64,000 nucleotides of DNA from Clostridia bacterium (GCA_045604905.1 JAZUOX010000060.1:22386-86385), one strand, 5' to 3'. Shown: positions 28,040-37,398, counted from the stretch's first letter. Translations and numbers: made by a program. Notes: generated by a model from the letters alone, not told the origin.

Positions 28040-30763
28040 TTATTTAATGACTACCACACAGTCATTGATATAACCTGAATATCTGTAAATATACATTGTC
28101 ACACCATTGTCAGTATATGTGTAGTCTCCGTTTTCATCAAGTGATGCACTTACGGGAACGTCCAGGTATGTGCCCTGTCTTACTTCCCAATTCACATAGT
28201 CAATGACTACCGGCTTTGGTCCGTTTCCTATTGTATGAGCTCTTACAGTTGCACCACGGTCTGTTGAAAGCACAACCGCTAAATCGTTTCTTGCATATAC
28301 ATGACCGTAGAATACGCCTTCACCCGTATCTTCGTTACCTGTTATTGACTGGAAAGGCGCTGCGTCGCTTGTTCTTACGCGCAACTGAGCTTCAATAATA
28401 TTGAAGTTCTCATCAACTTTGATTGCTGCAATATCACCGAATTTAAATCCACCCGGAACAACACTGTCGATAACACCGGGACGCTCTTCGCGGAATGTAT
28501 ATTCCTCATCCTTATATCTTCCTGTTACCATATAAATCTCTTCACCGTCAGCATTTGTACCTTTAACACTCTTTATTACAGTCATAGCCTTTGGAAGAAA
28601 ACCTGTACCGGATTGCGAAACAACTTCTACTGCACCTGTTGTCCAGAATTCATCTGCATCATACATTCTTACATTTGACCTTCTTGCAAGATCGTAAAGC
28701 TTTTCATGAGGAATTACCTTAATATAATTCTCGTCAAAGTTTTTATCTTCCGGAACAAGGAATATTGTTGTATTTTCATCCATACGGTACTTTCCGCTCA
28801 TAGAATTACGTTTTGCATTATAATATTCTGAGTAGCTTCCGCTGGGTGTTTTATATACAAGGCAGAATCTTGTGGGGTCAAAACCGGTTGTTTTCGTACA
28901 TATTTCAGCATCTGTGGTTGTTTCAATTTCTTTAAGCTCACCTATTGCGCTAAATTTTACTTTTACAATCTGTCTTCTGAAATCACCTGATGTATTTCCG
29001 TCAACATAGAGGTCTGTTTCTGCGAGTAGGTCTTCACTGTTTTTAGTTGTAACACCGTTTATTGTAATTTTCTTTGCTGTTGCAACTGTAGCGACATCAC
29101 CTGTGTTAAGGCAAAGCTTTATAAGACATCTGCTTGAAAGCTTTGCGTTTTTGTCTTTTCCGGCATCAAGGAAGTATGCATACTGGAACTGATCTTTGTA
29201 ATTTTCAACACCTGCGATCCTACCCTGGAAGTCAAGACGAAGCGTAACCTCTGATTCAAGCGCAGGTTTAACAAAACCTTTTATATTATTTTCAACATTT
29301 TTAATGAATGTTGCACTGTATTCGTAAGGTGTCTCAACCTCTTCACCTTCAACCATATGAGTTACAGTTATAATTTCCTCATCGTCTTCATTGGTTTCAA
29401 TACCTGAAACTCTGCAATCAACCTTGTCTTCTGAAACAATGATTTTAACTCTTGCGTCATCTTTACTTGCAAATACTGAAAGCACACTGTTGGATTTAAG
29501 AAGAGATATTGCTTTTGTTTCCCCAAGTGTTGTGAGGAATTCATACTTATCATATTCTCCGTACTTAATCTCGTTACCGTTACTGTCAGCAACAAGCTGG
29601 CTTGCCTGATTGTTTGTAAGAAGCAGATAGTTTTCAAACTCTTCAGCAATAACTACATCATAGGTACTGTCAAGGTCAACATCGACAAAAGTAAGTGTAC
29701 CTGATTCAATTTTCATATCATCCACAAGAAATGCCGGATAAGAACTTCCGTTGTATATAAAGTCAGCAAAAGGACTTACTTCCACATCTATTTTCTTATT
29801 TTTTACCGTATATACAACATTTGTTTTTGTGAAGTCAGGAGATTCAACATCTAGGTCTTCTGCTTTTACAGTAAGAACTTTGTTCCTTGCGTCATCTTTT
29901 ACTACATAGAGGAGCTTGTCTTCATCTGCATCGTAATACGCGATAACATTATAACCTACAAGTCCGTCTGTATTTACAGATTCGTTTACCAATTTCTTTT
30001 TGCCGATAATTGCAGTTTTTCCCGGATACACTGTTGAACCTTTAAGATTAGTGATACCGTCATCCATAAACTGTGCTCTCATCTTTTTTATGTTGTGATA
30101 TACATCGAGAACAGTTTTGCCTTCTGTCACAGCATATGTAATATACTTACCCTTAACAGCGAGAATATCCATTACCTCAACTTCACAAGCTTTGGCAAGC
30201 ATATTCACTATGTTATAACGTGTAAGATACTCAGTTCTTCCGGGACTGTTCAAAAGACCGAGATCAATTGCTACTGAATAGTAGCCGTTGGGGTACCCTC
30301 CTCTTGAATTTGCGATACCCTCATATCCAAGAACTGAAATTACAGTTTTTACAGCCTGGTCAAGTGTAACAAAATCATCCGGTCTGAATTTGCCGTCAGA
30401 TCCAACCATAAGATTGGCTACACCTACAGAGTAAATGTGCTCTCTGAACTGTGTTGATTCACCTACATCTTCATACTTGAGCTCTGCACTGAATGTTTTT
30501 TCATCAAGATCACAAAGTCTTGAAATTGCACTTGCAAATTCACCCCTTGTAACATTATTTATATGGTCTGTATTGGGAGAAACCCATATTCCCACTGCAG
30601 TAAGGAACTCAATGTTCTTTTTATAGGTTTCAATCTGTGCTTCTGTGTATTTTGATTCTTCGACAGGAGCTTCGGTTTCTTCTGCTGCAAATACTGAAAA
30701 TGCAGATGCAAACATAAGAATTGCCATAATAATTGAAATTGATTTTCTAAATATTTTATTCAT
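28040..30763 (-). CDS. Secreted 907-aa cell-surface protein with N-terminal SLH-like repeats
   Basis: Signal peptide MNKIFRKSISIIMAILMFASAFSVFA. Degenerate SLH-type segments (NVTRGEFASAISRL, FRPDDFVTLDQAVKTVISVLG). The large C-terminal region is unassigned. Confidence 0.55.
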   Translation of the reverse strand: MNKIFRKSISIIMAILMFASAFSVFAAEETEAPVEESKYTEAQIETYKKNIEFLTAVGIWVSPNTDHINNVTRGEFASAISRLCDLDEKTFSAELKYEDVGESTQFREHIYSVGVANLMVGSDGKFRPDDFVTLDQAVKTVISVLGYEGIANSRGGYPNGYYSVAIDLGLLNSPGRTEYLTRYNIVNMLAKACEVEVMDILAVKGKYITYAVTEGKTVLDVYHNIKKMRAQFMDDGITNLKGSTVYPGKTAIIGKKKLVNESVNTDGLVGYNVIAYYDADEDKLLYVVKDDARNKVLTVKAEDLDVESPDFTKTNVVYTVKNKKIDVEVSPFADFIYNGSSYPAFLVDDMKIESGTLTFVDVDLDSTYDVVIAEEFENYLLLTNNQASQLVADSNGNEIKYGEYDKYEFLTTLGETKAISLLKSNSVLSVFASKDDARVKIIVSEDKVDCRVSGIETNEDDEEIITVTHMVEGEEVETPYEYSATFIKNVENNIKGFVKPALESEVTLRLDFQGRIAGVENYKDQFQYAYFLDAGKDKNAKLSSRCLIKLCLNTGDVATVATAKKITINGVTTKNSEDLLAETDLYVDGNTSGDFRRQIVKVKFSAIGELKEIETTTDAEICTKTTGFDPTRFCLVYKTPSGSYSEYYNAKRNSMSGKYRMDENTTIFLVPEDKNFDENYIKVIPHEKLYDLARRSNVRMYDADEFWTTGAVEVVSQSGTGFLPKAMTVIKSVKGTNADGEEIYMVTGRYKDEEYTFREERPGVIDSVVPGGFKFGDIAAIKVDENFNIIEAQLRVRTSDAAPFQSITGNEDTGEGVFYGHVYARNDLAVVLSTDRGATVRAHTIGNGPKPVVIDYVNWEVRQGTYLDVPVSASLDENGDYTYTDNGVTMYIYRYSGYINDCVVVIK

Positions 30764-30782
30764 TATCTATCTCCCGCCTTTC

Positions 30783-32519
30783 TTAATATTTTAATAATCT
30801 GTAGATTAACTGCGCAGCCTGTGCTCGTGTGAGTTTTCCACCGGGCTGGAATTCAGTTTCTGTCATACCGGTTATTACTCCGGCCTTTGTAAGTGTTTCT
30901 ACACTTTCTTTTGCATAGTCAGCTATCGCAGCATCATCACTGAAAGTTTTTCCTGCACCTTCCTCAAGTTCAATGCCTTTGTATTCAATAACTCTGTCAA
31001 GCATTACAGCAGCATCCTGTCTAGTTATAGGCTGACCTATACCGAAAGTGAAATTATCCTGACCTTTTACAATGCCTTTTTCCTGCGCACTTGCAACATA
31101 AATGTTCGCCCAGTGTCCGAGAAGGTCTGTGTATATTGTAAGAGCTTCTTTATTGTAAAGGCCAAATGCCATTACATACATCTTTACAAATTCTTCTCTT
31201 GTAACATTTGCATCAGGATCATATCTGTTAGTAGCAACACCGTCAATTACACCGATACTATGGAGTTCATTTACTGCAGCAAATGCCCAGTGACCCTTTG
31301 GTACATCGTTAAATATGCCGCCTACAGGAGCTTCGGGAAGTATTGACATATTAGCATTTGAATTGTGAAGAGTATCTTCTACATCCCGTATCTCTGTTTT
31401 GTCATCTTTTACAGTAGCACCGCCACCGCCACCGCCGCCACCGCCACCGCCGGAGGAGGGTTTCTTGCCTGATTCCTTTTCTGCATTCTTTATAACTTCT
31501 TCAAATGCATCTGCAACTTCTTTTGAAAGAACAAAGTTTCTGCCAACAAATGTCTTGTTGATTTCTCCTGCGCCATACTTATCACAGGCTTCTTCATAGT
31601 CCTTTTTGTCAATACCGAAGTATTCGATATATTTTTCAACAGTAGTACCTACATTTGTCGCATTGAGCTTGTTGAAGTTTGCCATTGCGATACTCTGGAA
31701 AAGGTCGTCTTTTACATCACCGATAGTTTCAGGACTGCTATCCTTTGAGTTCTTGTAGAAAAGTTTATACACATCTTCTTTCTTTTCTGAATAGTCCCCA
31801 TCTTCCACATCGAGAGTAAGAAGAACACTTTCATCTTCACAAATTTCTTTGCATCTTTCTTCTGTTGTAGCTTCATTAAGGTCACGGATAAGCTGAACAC
31901 CTGAAAGAATATTCATAACTGTGCCCATATCATTACATTGGTTATCATAGTCTTCTTCACGGATATTAAGGAAAAGGTCACAAATTACATCTGTGTTCTC
32001 CGCAAAATCAGTTTTGTCGACTGAAAGCATATCTGCCTTTTCTGAAAGAAGTGCTTCTATTTCTGCACGATCTGCAGTTTCAATTGCAGGAAGTGTAACC
32101 TCATCTATATAAGTCTGGCTTTCAAAGTATATTTCCGTTGTATCCTTTGAAACTGCTGCTTTTGTACCATTACCGGAAGCAGCTATTACAATATAACCTG
32201 CAGGGTCATCCTCTGCGAGCTGTACTTCTTTTTCTACATATCCGCTGCCGTCTGTTTTAACCTCAAGCGCGCGCACAAAATCAGCGGGCGAAGATACCGC
32301 AGTTTCTTTTTCGTACATTACAATTGAAATTTTCTGCACATATTTTGCAGGGGTAGTAACCTGAATTGAAACTACTGATGTATCGTAGTTTACAGATGCG
32401 GTCACCTCAAACTCTGTTTCTGCCGAAACGCTAAAACACATCATTGAAAGTGTCATAGTGCATACAACAATCATACAGAGGATTTTTTTAACATTATTCA
32501 TATCTGTAACTCCTCCCAA
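30783..32519 (-). CDS. S-layer homology (3x SLH) cell-wall-anchored protein with a poly-Gly linker
   Basis: Signal peptide. A G12 linker. Three canonical C-terminal SLH domains (FNDVPKGHWAFAAVNELHSIGVIDG..., ...ITRQDAAVMLDRV..., ...LTRAQAAQLIYRLL). Confidence 0.8.
   Translation of the reverse strand: MGGVTDMNNVKKILCMIVVCTMTLSMMCFSVSAETEFEVTASVNYDTSVVSIQVTTPAKYVQKISIVMYEKETAVSSPADFVRALEVKTDGSGYVEKEVQLAEDDPAGYIVIAASGNGTKAAVSKDTTEIYFESQTYIDEVTLPAIETADRAEIEALLSEKADMLSVDKTDFAENTDVICDLFLNIREEDYDNQCNDMGTVMNILSGVQLIRDLNEATTEERCKEICEDESVLLTLDVEDGDYSEKKEDVYKLFYKNSKDSSPETIGDVKDDLFQSIAMANFNKLNATNVGTTVEKYIEYFGIDKKDYEEACDKYGAGEINKTFVGRNFVLSKEVADAFEEVIKNAEKESGKKPSSGGGGGGGGGGGATVKDDKTEIRDVEDTLHNSNANMSILPEAPVGGIFNDVPKGHWAFAAVNELHSIGVIDGVATNRYDPDANVTREEFVKMYVMAFGLYNKEALTIYTDLLGHWANIYVASAQEKGIVKGQDNFTFGIGQPITRQDAAVMLDRVIEYKGIELEEGAGKTFSDDAAIADYAKESVETLTKAGVITGMTETEFQPGGKLTRAQAAQLIYRLLKY
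31423..31452 (-). repeat. (GGN)n triplet microsatellite encoding the poly-Gly linker
   Basis: The plus strand reads caccgccaccgccaccgccgccaccgccaccgcc, and the repeat is in frame within the SLH protein. Slippage here would change only linker length. Confidence 0.6.
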
Positions 32520-32520
32520 A

Positions 32521-35427
32521 TCACTTAACTTCTTTTACGAATACATCGCGGATAAACGCCTTTGACTGAACACCGCTTAACTTAAAATCTGCACCAAGCT
32601 GATACATATTCTCGAGATTCATATGATGTATTGTAAGCTTTGCCGTTTTCCATTTACCTGTATTATTACGCTGAATATACTCTACTCTCGGACGGAGCTT
32701 ACCAATGCCTTCGTAATAGTAGTCGGGGTGATTTTTCTCACGTTTTGCGTAGGTACTGATGTTTTCCCATTCAAAATAATCAAGCCTTATTGGGAAATAA
32801 CCGTTGTCCAAATATTCAATCTCAATTTCTACTGAGGTTGATTCCTTTTCAAGGTAGTCGGTTTTAACCTTAACTTCCATATAGTTATTCTTGGGTATTT
32901 CGTAATATGTACCCTTATCATCCTTATGCTCAAGCATAAAGTGGTCTTCGCCCTCGTAACTATAGGTTGAGCAAGCTTCGTTAAGGTCAATCTGACCGCC
33001 GGGAGTGGGATTTTCTGTAATGTCGCCTACGTAAGCCCAGCCGACTTCAACAGTCTTATAGTCTTCACTCCAGAGACCGAAGAACGCAGTCTTTGCATCC
33101 CAGCTGAACTGCGGATGCGAATGTCCGGGGTTATTACCCTTTGTATGGTTTACAATAACTTTTGACCAGCCTGCCTCTGTATCCATAAGTACAAGCTTTG
33201 TAAAACCGTTTGCACTGTCGATACCAACGTCGGAAATAAGCCAGCGGTTGGAGTTAAGTGCTGTTGCACAGTGTGAATAATCGTAGTCACCGTTTACAAG
33301 GTAACGGTCCTTACCGTCCCAACGTGCAAAGTAAATACCTCTTTCTGTGGGAGTTTCTGTTTCAGCACCCCAGTTGTAACGGATTTCGTCGTGATGACCG
33401 TGTCCGCGGACTGTAAGAAGATACTCACCATCTGCAAGCCAGTATTCGTGAACACCTGTTTCACCTGTTCTTTCTGGTGAATACTTTTTCTGAGGGAAGC
33501 CTACCCATCTTTCACCTGTGTCAATATCCATAACCCATGTTCTGTCATTTACATGTGCACCCTCGTGACAATAGAACACAAGATTTTTCTTTACGGGGTT
33601 CTGACAAAGATGTCCGGGATAAGTATAGTCGGTTACAAAATCCTTTGAAAAATCAGGTATGAAAATATTTTTCCAGATATTATTTTCGATATCGTACTGA
33701 TGTATTGAACCGCCCTGGTCCCTTATTTCCCAATAGCGGGCATCACGTACACCAATTGTAAGTGCCGTTTCGTTAAAGTCAACCTGAAGCATTACACCTG
33801 TTGAAAGAGATATATCCTGATATGCATCGGGAAGGTGTACTACAACAGTTTCTTCATATGTGTCAAGATTAATCTTACAGATTCTTGAATACTGATCAAG
33901 ATACCACAGATTATTCTTTTTTGTCAGGCAGAAGAAATGCTCAATACCGGGTCTACCACTGCACATATACTTAACCATATAGGTTTTCATATTGTACTCA
34001 TATATGTTTGAGTTTTTATCACGGAAATAGAAGCGGGTATCATCATAGGATGTCATAGGCATCGTATAATAGTTCTTAATTGCGTTTTCTCCGAGAAGAT
34101 TAATTGTGTAATATGTTCTTCCTGTTTCGGGGTCGTAGTGTTCTTCCGGAGGCATATAGAATTCACCCATTAAAAGCCAGTTGATAAGGCTTGAGTCCCC
34201 TGTTTCTCTGAATGTATCAACTGTTACTCTGCCTGAATTGTAAAGGTCTGAAAGATAACACTTTTCTGTCTTTAAATTCTTTAACGGAAGCATATTGTTT
34301 GCAAATGCAACAAGATTATCCATCAGAACTTTCTTTGTAGGCTGGAATACCATATTACCAGAATTTATAAGATTAAGTCCAGCCACAACTGTAAGGGGAT
34401 TTGTCTTTACAGCCGGATCTTCAGAGCCCATAAATGCTGCGTACCACTCACAAAGTTCACTCTGTGGAAACATCTCTTTGGCGCCGAGGGTACCGCCTGT
34501 GTTCTTTATGATACCCAGGCTTTCTGCCATACCCACATAGGGTTTATATTCCAGAGATACATCAGTAAATGAGCAAGAAAGATTCTTTGTTTCAGCCTCT
34601 TCCTTAAGACCTGCAAACTGAATGATGTACTTAAGTGCTTCTTCCCTTGTAAGCTCTTTTCCGAGAATTGCATCTGCATTCTCTGCACTGTACTCATCGA
34701 AAAGTCCGAGTACTTTAAGAGAGTTAGCTGACTTTGAGTTAAAGAGGTCGAATGTTTCCTCACCTGCGTTACGGCTGAGGTTTGTAACCTCAATCTTTGA
34801 AAACGCGTTGTAACCACCGGTTACAATACGGATGTCTCCACCGTAGTCCATTGCCTGACGGAAGGATGCATCAGAAATGTAAAAGGTACATTCCCACCAC
34901 TTTGCTTTTTCATAACGTTCTTCCTCGGTACCGCCCTTGGGGTCACCCATTTTAAGAACGGAGATACGTCCGTAAGTATCGGTTGTGCCCGGAATGGTGT
35001 AGTCAAAATGAATATAACCTGCACCACCGAAGTCATAATAGTTAAACGTTATTTTATAGGTTGTATCTTCCGGAGAACAGAATGACGGATCAAAGCGAAG
35101 ATACATAATATTCTGATAATAAACTTTTCTTCCCACAATACCTTTAAGATTAATCTTTTCATTGTATGTAACGTCCGTGAGAGTTGTTTTGCCGAATCCG
35201 TCTTCAAATGACATCTGATTTTCCTGCGCAGTATCTGTGAAAATGATGTATGCGTTATTCTCATCAACAGGTGTCGTCTGCTTGATTTCTACCTGAGGCA
35301 TAATAACAGGATTTTCACGCACTACAACCGATGCCGCCTTTGCCTCGGGAGGAGCAACATTAACAACAGTTACTGCCATAATTACCGCCAGCAAGCATAG
35401 AAGACCTTTCTTGAATATTTTTTTCAT
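32521..35427 (-). CDS. Secreted 968-aa SLH-like-domain protein with a PL22 (oligogalacturonide lyase-like) beta-propeller and the shared C-terminal domain
   Basis: Signal peptide MKKIFKKGLLCLLAVIMAVTVVNVAPPEAKA. SLH-like segment (LTREEALKYIIQFAGL...FTDVSLEY). PL22 motifs VFYCHEGAHVNDRTWVMD, VHEYWLADGEY and NPGHSHPQFSWDAKTAFF. C-terminal IEIEYLDNG domain. Confidence 0.7.
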   Translation of the reverse strand: MKKIFKKGLLCLLAVIMAVTVVNVAPPEAKAASVVVRENPVIMPQVEIKQTTPVDENNAYIIFTDTAQENQMSFEDGFGKTTLTDVTYNEKINLKGIVGRKVYYQNIMYLRFDPSFCSPEDTTYKITFNYYDFGGAGYIHFDYTIPGTTDTYGRISVLKMGDPKGGTEEERYEKAKWWECTFYISDASFRQAMDYGGDIRIVTGGYNAFSKIEVTNLSRNAGEETFDLFNSKSANSLKVLGLFDEYSAENADAILGKELTREEALKYIIQFAGLKEEAETKNLSCSFTDVSLEYKPYVGMAESLGIIKNTGGTLGAKEMFPQSELCEWYAAFMGSEDPAVKTNPLTVVAGLNLINSGNMVFQPTKKVLMDNLVAFANNMLPLKNLKTEKCYLSDLYNSGRVTVDTFRETGDSSLINWLLMGEFYMPPEEHYDPETGRTYYTINLLGENAIKNYYTMPMTSYDDTRFYFRDKNSNIYEYNMKTYMVKYMCSGRPGIEHFFCLTKKNNLWYLDQYSRICKINLDTYEETVVVHLPDAYQDISLSTGVMLQVDFNETALTIGVRDARYWEIRDQGGSIHQYDIENNIWKNIFIPDFSKDFVTDYTYPGHLCQNPVKKNLVFYCHEGAHVNDRTWVMDIDTGERWVGFPQKKYSPERTGETGVHEYWLADGEYLLTVRGHGHHDEIRYNWGAETETPTERGIYFARWDGKDRYLVNGDYDYSHCATALNSNRWLISDVGIDSANGFTKLVLMDTEAGWSKVIVNHTKGNNPGHSHPQFSWDAKTAFFGLWSEDYKTVEVGWAYVGDITENPTPGGQIDLNEACSTYSYEGEDHFMLEHKDDKGTYYEIPKNNYMEVKVKTDYLEKESTSVEIEIEYLDNGYFPIRLDYFEWENISTYAKREKNHPDYYYEGIGKLRPRVEYIQRNNTGKWKTAKLTIHHMNLENMYQLGADFKLSGVQSKAFIRDVFVKEVK

Positions 35428-35441
35428 ATTTATCCTCCTTG

Positions 35442-37067
35442 TTATCTGGCGTCATAGAAACGGATAGATTTAACTCTGAGAGGCTGACCGTTTGTTGAAA
35501 TGATTATATCATCCGTAGAAATGGGAAGATTCTTACCAATTGCAAATTTCGCATCGGAAAGCTCAATTCTTGCAGTCTTCCATTCGCCACTGTTTGTAAG
35601 AGAATATGTAGCCTGAGAATTACCGGATGTACTCATATAGTCAAGAACGATATCTCCTTCCCCTTCGTCGAGGTATTCAATATCCACATTAACTCTTTTT
35701 ACTCCGTTAAGTCTTGTGTCGGTGATATCAAAATCAAATGATTCTGTCTCGTCAATTTCGATACATTCTTCTCCGTCTATCTCCACAACCTCTGCCTGGT
35801 CCATATAAAATACCACTTCACGGATTTCGGGAACATCTTTCATACGAAGACCTGAAGGATCACCGTCATAGTCGCTTCTTCTTGAAACGGCTACGTTTGA
35901 AACCTTAAGCCCGGGAGTGCCCTGCCAGAAACGGAAGTTACCCTGACCTGTACCGTTATCCATATAGTAGTGGAAGCCTGCATCTACAAGGCGAAAGCTT
36001 TCCGTCTTCCAAAGACCTGTACCTGTCTTTGTAAAGCTTGCGCTACCTGTTTTAAGAGTTGTTGCGGTTGAATCTTTTCTTGTGTATGAAATATCAACCT
36101 TTTCTGTATCCTCATCAAAGAATGTGATGTCGATAATCACTCTTTCATCATCTGCATTGATAAGTGCAGGATCAACCTTACAGGTGAAACGGCCAATAAG
36201 AGTTGCGCTGCCGCGAAGGTAATCGGGAGCTACACGGCACGCTCTGCCACCTGCTTCGGCATACTCTGTATAACCGTAACCCTGCTTACTTCCCGGTGTA
36301 GGTCCTGTAAGTTCGGGACGAGCTATTGGAAGCCAGAGCCATACGCCGTTTTCTGTAACTTCTGTTGTGTTATCCGGATCAGTTGTTGACATTTCGATAT
36401 TCGGAACATCTATGGTTGTTACATTGAATTCTGCTGCCTGGGATACAAGACCTTCTCCGTCTATTGCTTCGATAAGATAATTCTTCTGTGTGTTTTTATC
36501 AAGGTCTTCTTCAGCAAATGTTGTCTCATTACTTCCTGATGAAACAAGTATTCCGTCGCTGTATACATTATAAGATGTCACATCGTCAAAATCGTCATAC
36601 GCTGCATCCCATGTAATCTCAAGGTTTGAAGGCATATTCACACTGTCAACAACATTCTGAGGCGCTGCAGGCTCCATATTGTCAAGAGGTGTGCAAAGTG
36701 TAATGCCATCCCAGAGAAATACCTTGTACTCTTCTGTTGAAAGGTCTCCGACTGTAACACCTGCTTTAAGTGTATCACTTACAAGCGCACCGGAAAGTGT
36801 TACTGACTGCGAATCTGTCGCCTTTATCTTTCCGGTATCCTTGTCACACAGCATAACAATAAGCATCACACTCTGCGGTGAAGTGCCGTTAAGATTCGCT
36901 GTTACCTGAGTGTACACAAGACCTGACTGGATTTCAGGAATTTCGTTATCTCCTGCATCCAGATACTTAATATCTGTGAATTCCACTTTTGCGGCGGACG
37001 CCATTGCCACAGGCGCAAGTGAGAGCACCATTGCAAGGACCACCATGGTTGCCAATAGTTTTTTCAT
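35442..37067 (-). CDS. Secreted 541-aa FN3-domain surface protein with the shared C-terminal YLDEG domain; first gene of the operon
   Basis: Signal peptide MKKLLATMVVLAMVLSLAPVAMASA. FN3-like segment (APQNVVDSVNMPSNLEITWDAAYDD...). C-terminal VDIEYLDEGEGDIVLDY...NSGEWKTARIELSDAKF. Confidence 0.6.
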   Translation of the reverse strand: MKKLLATMVVLAMVLSLAPVAMASAAKVEFTDIKYLDAGDNEIPEIQSGLVYTQVTANLNGTSPQSVMLIVMLCDKDTGKIKATDSQSVTLSGALVSDTLKAGVTVGDLSTEEYKVFLWDGITLCTPLDNMEPAAPQNVVDSVNMPSNLEITWDAAYDDFDDVTSYNVYSDGILVSSGSNETTFAEEDLDKNTQKNYLIEAIDGEGLVSQAAEFNVTTIDVPNIEMSTTDPDNTTEVTENGVWLWLPIARPELTGPTPGSKQGYGYTEYAEAGGRACRVAPDYLRGSATLIGRFTCKVDPALINADDERVIIDITFFDEDTEKVDISYTRKDSTATTLKTGSASFTKTGTGLWKTESFRLVDAGFHYYMDNGTGQGNFRFWQGTPGLKVSNVAVSRRSDYDGDPSGLRMKDVPEIREVVFYMDQAEVVEIDGEECIEIDETESFDFDITDTRLNGVKRVNVDIEYLDEGEGDIVLDYMSTSGNSQATYSLTNSGEWKTARIELSDAKFAIGKNLPISTDDIIISTNGQPLRVKSIRFYDAR

Positions 37068-37232
37068 AAAAACTCCTCCTTGAAAAATGTATAATTAATA
37101 AAATTATTTGCTCTTTAATAAGAAAATTTGTTTTCATCAAACTGCACTTTCTGTCAGCTTGCCTTAAATTTCATCCAATCTTCCTATTTTACATTGTATA
37201 TTATACAATAAAACAAAAAACTGTGCAATACA

Positions 37233-37267
37233 CAATATTAATATTTTTGTGCTCAATATTAATATTT
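37233..37267. promoter_or_regulatory. Twin copies of caatAATATTAATATTt (perfect 12-bp palindrome) spaced 21 bp apart in the divergent promoter region
   Basis: Exact repeats at 37233-37246 and 37254-37267, two helical turns apart, in the 330-bp AT-rich gap between the surface-protein operon (-) and the REC-AraC regulator (+). Confidence 0.5.
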
Positions 37268-37398
37268 GGTTGATTTTTTGATTTTTTTGTTGTATTATGT
37301 AAGCATAGTTTGGAAACAATGGAAATTATTATTAATATAGGTGTTACAAGGATTTTTCATCTAATTCCAAACAACATGTTTTTGCGGAGGTCATACAT

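Noticed and set aside
31399-31599. Poly-Pro 66-aa plus-strand ORF, or a CRISPR-like repeat, at the ccaccgcc run
   Set aside because: It is the antisense reading of the in-frame poly-Gly linker of the SLH protein. It is a simple triplet repeat with no spacer-repeat architecture.
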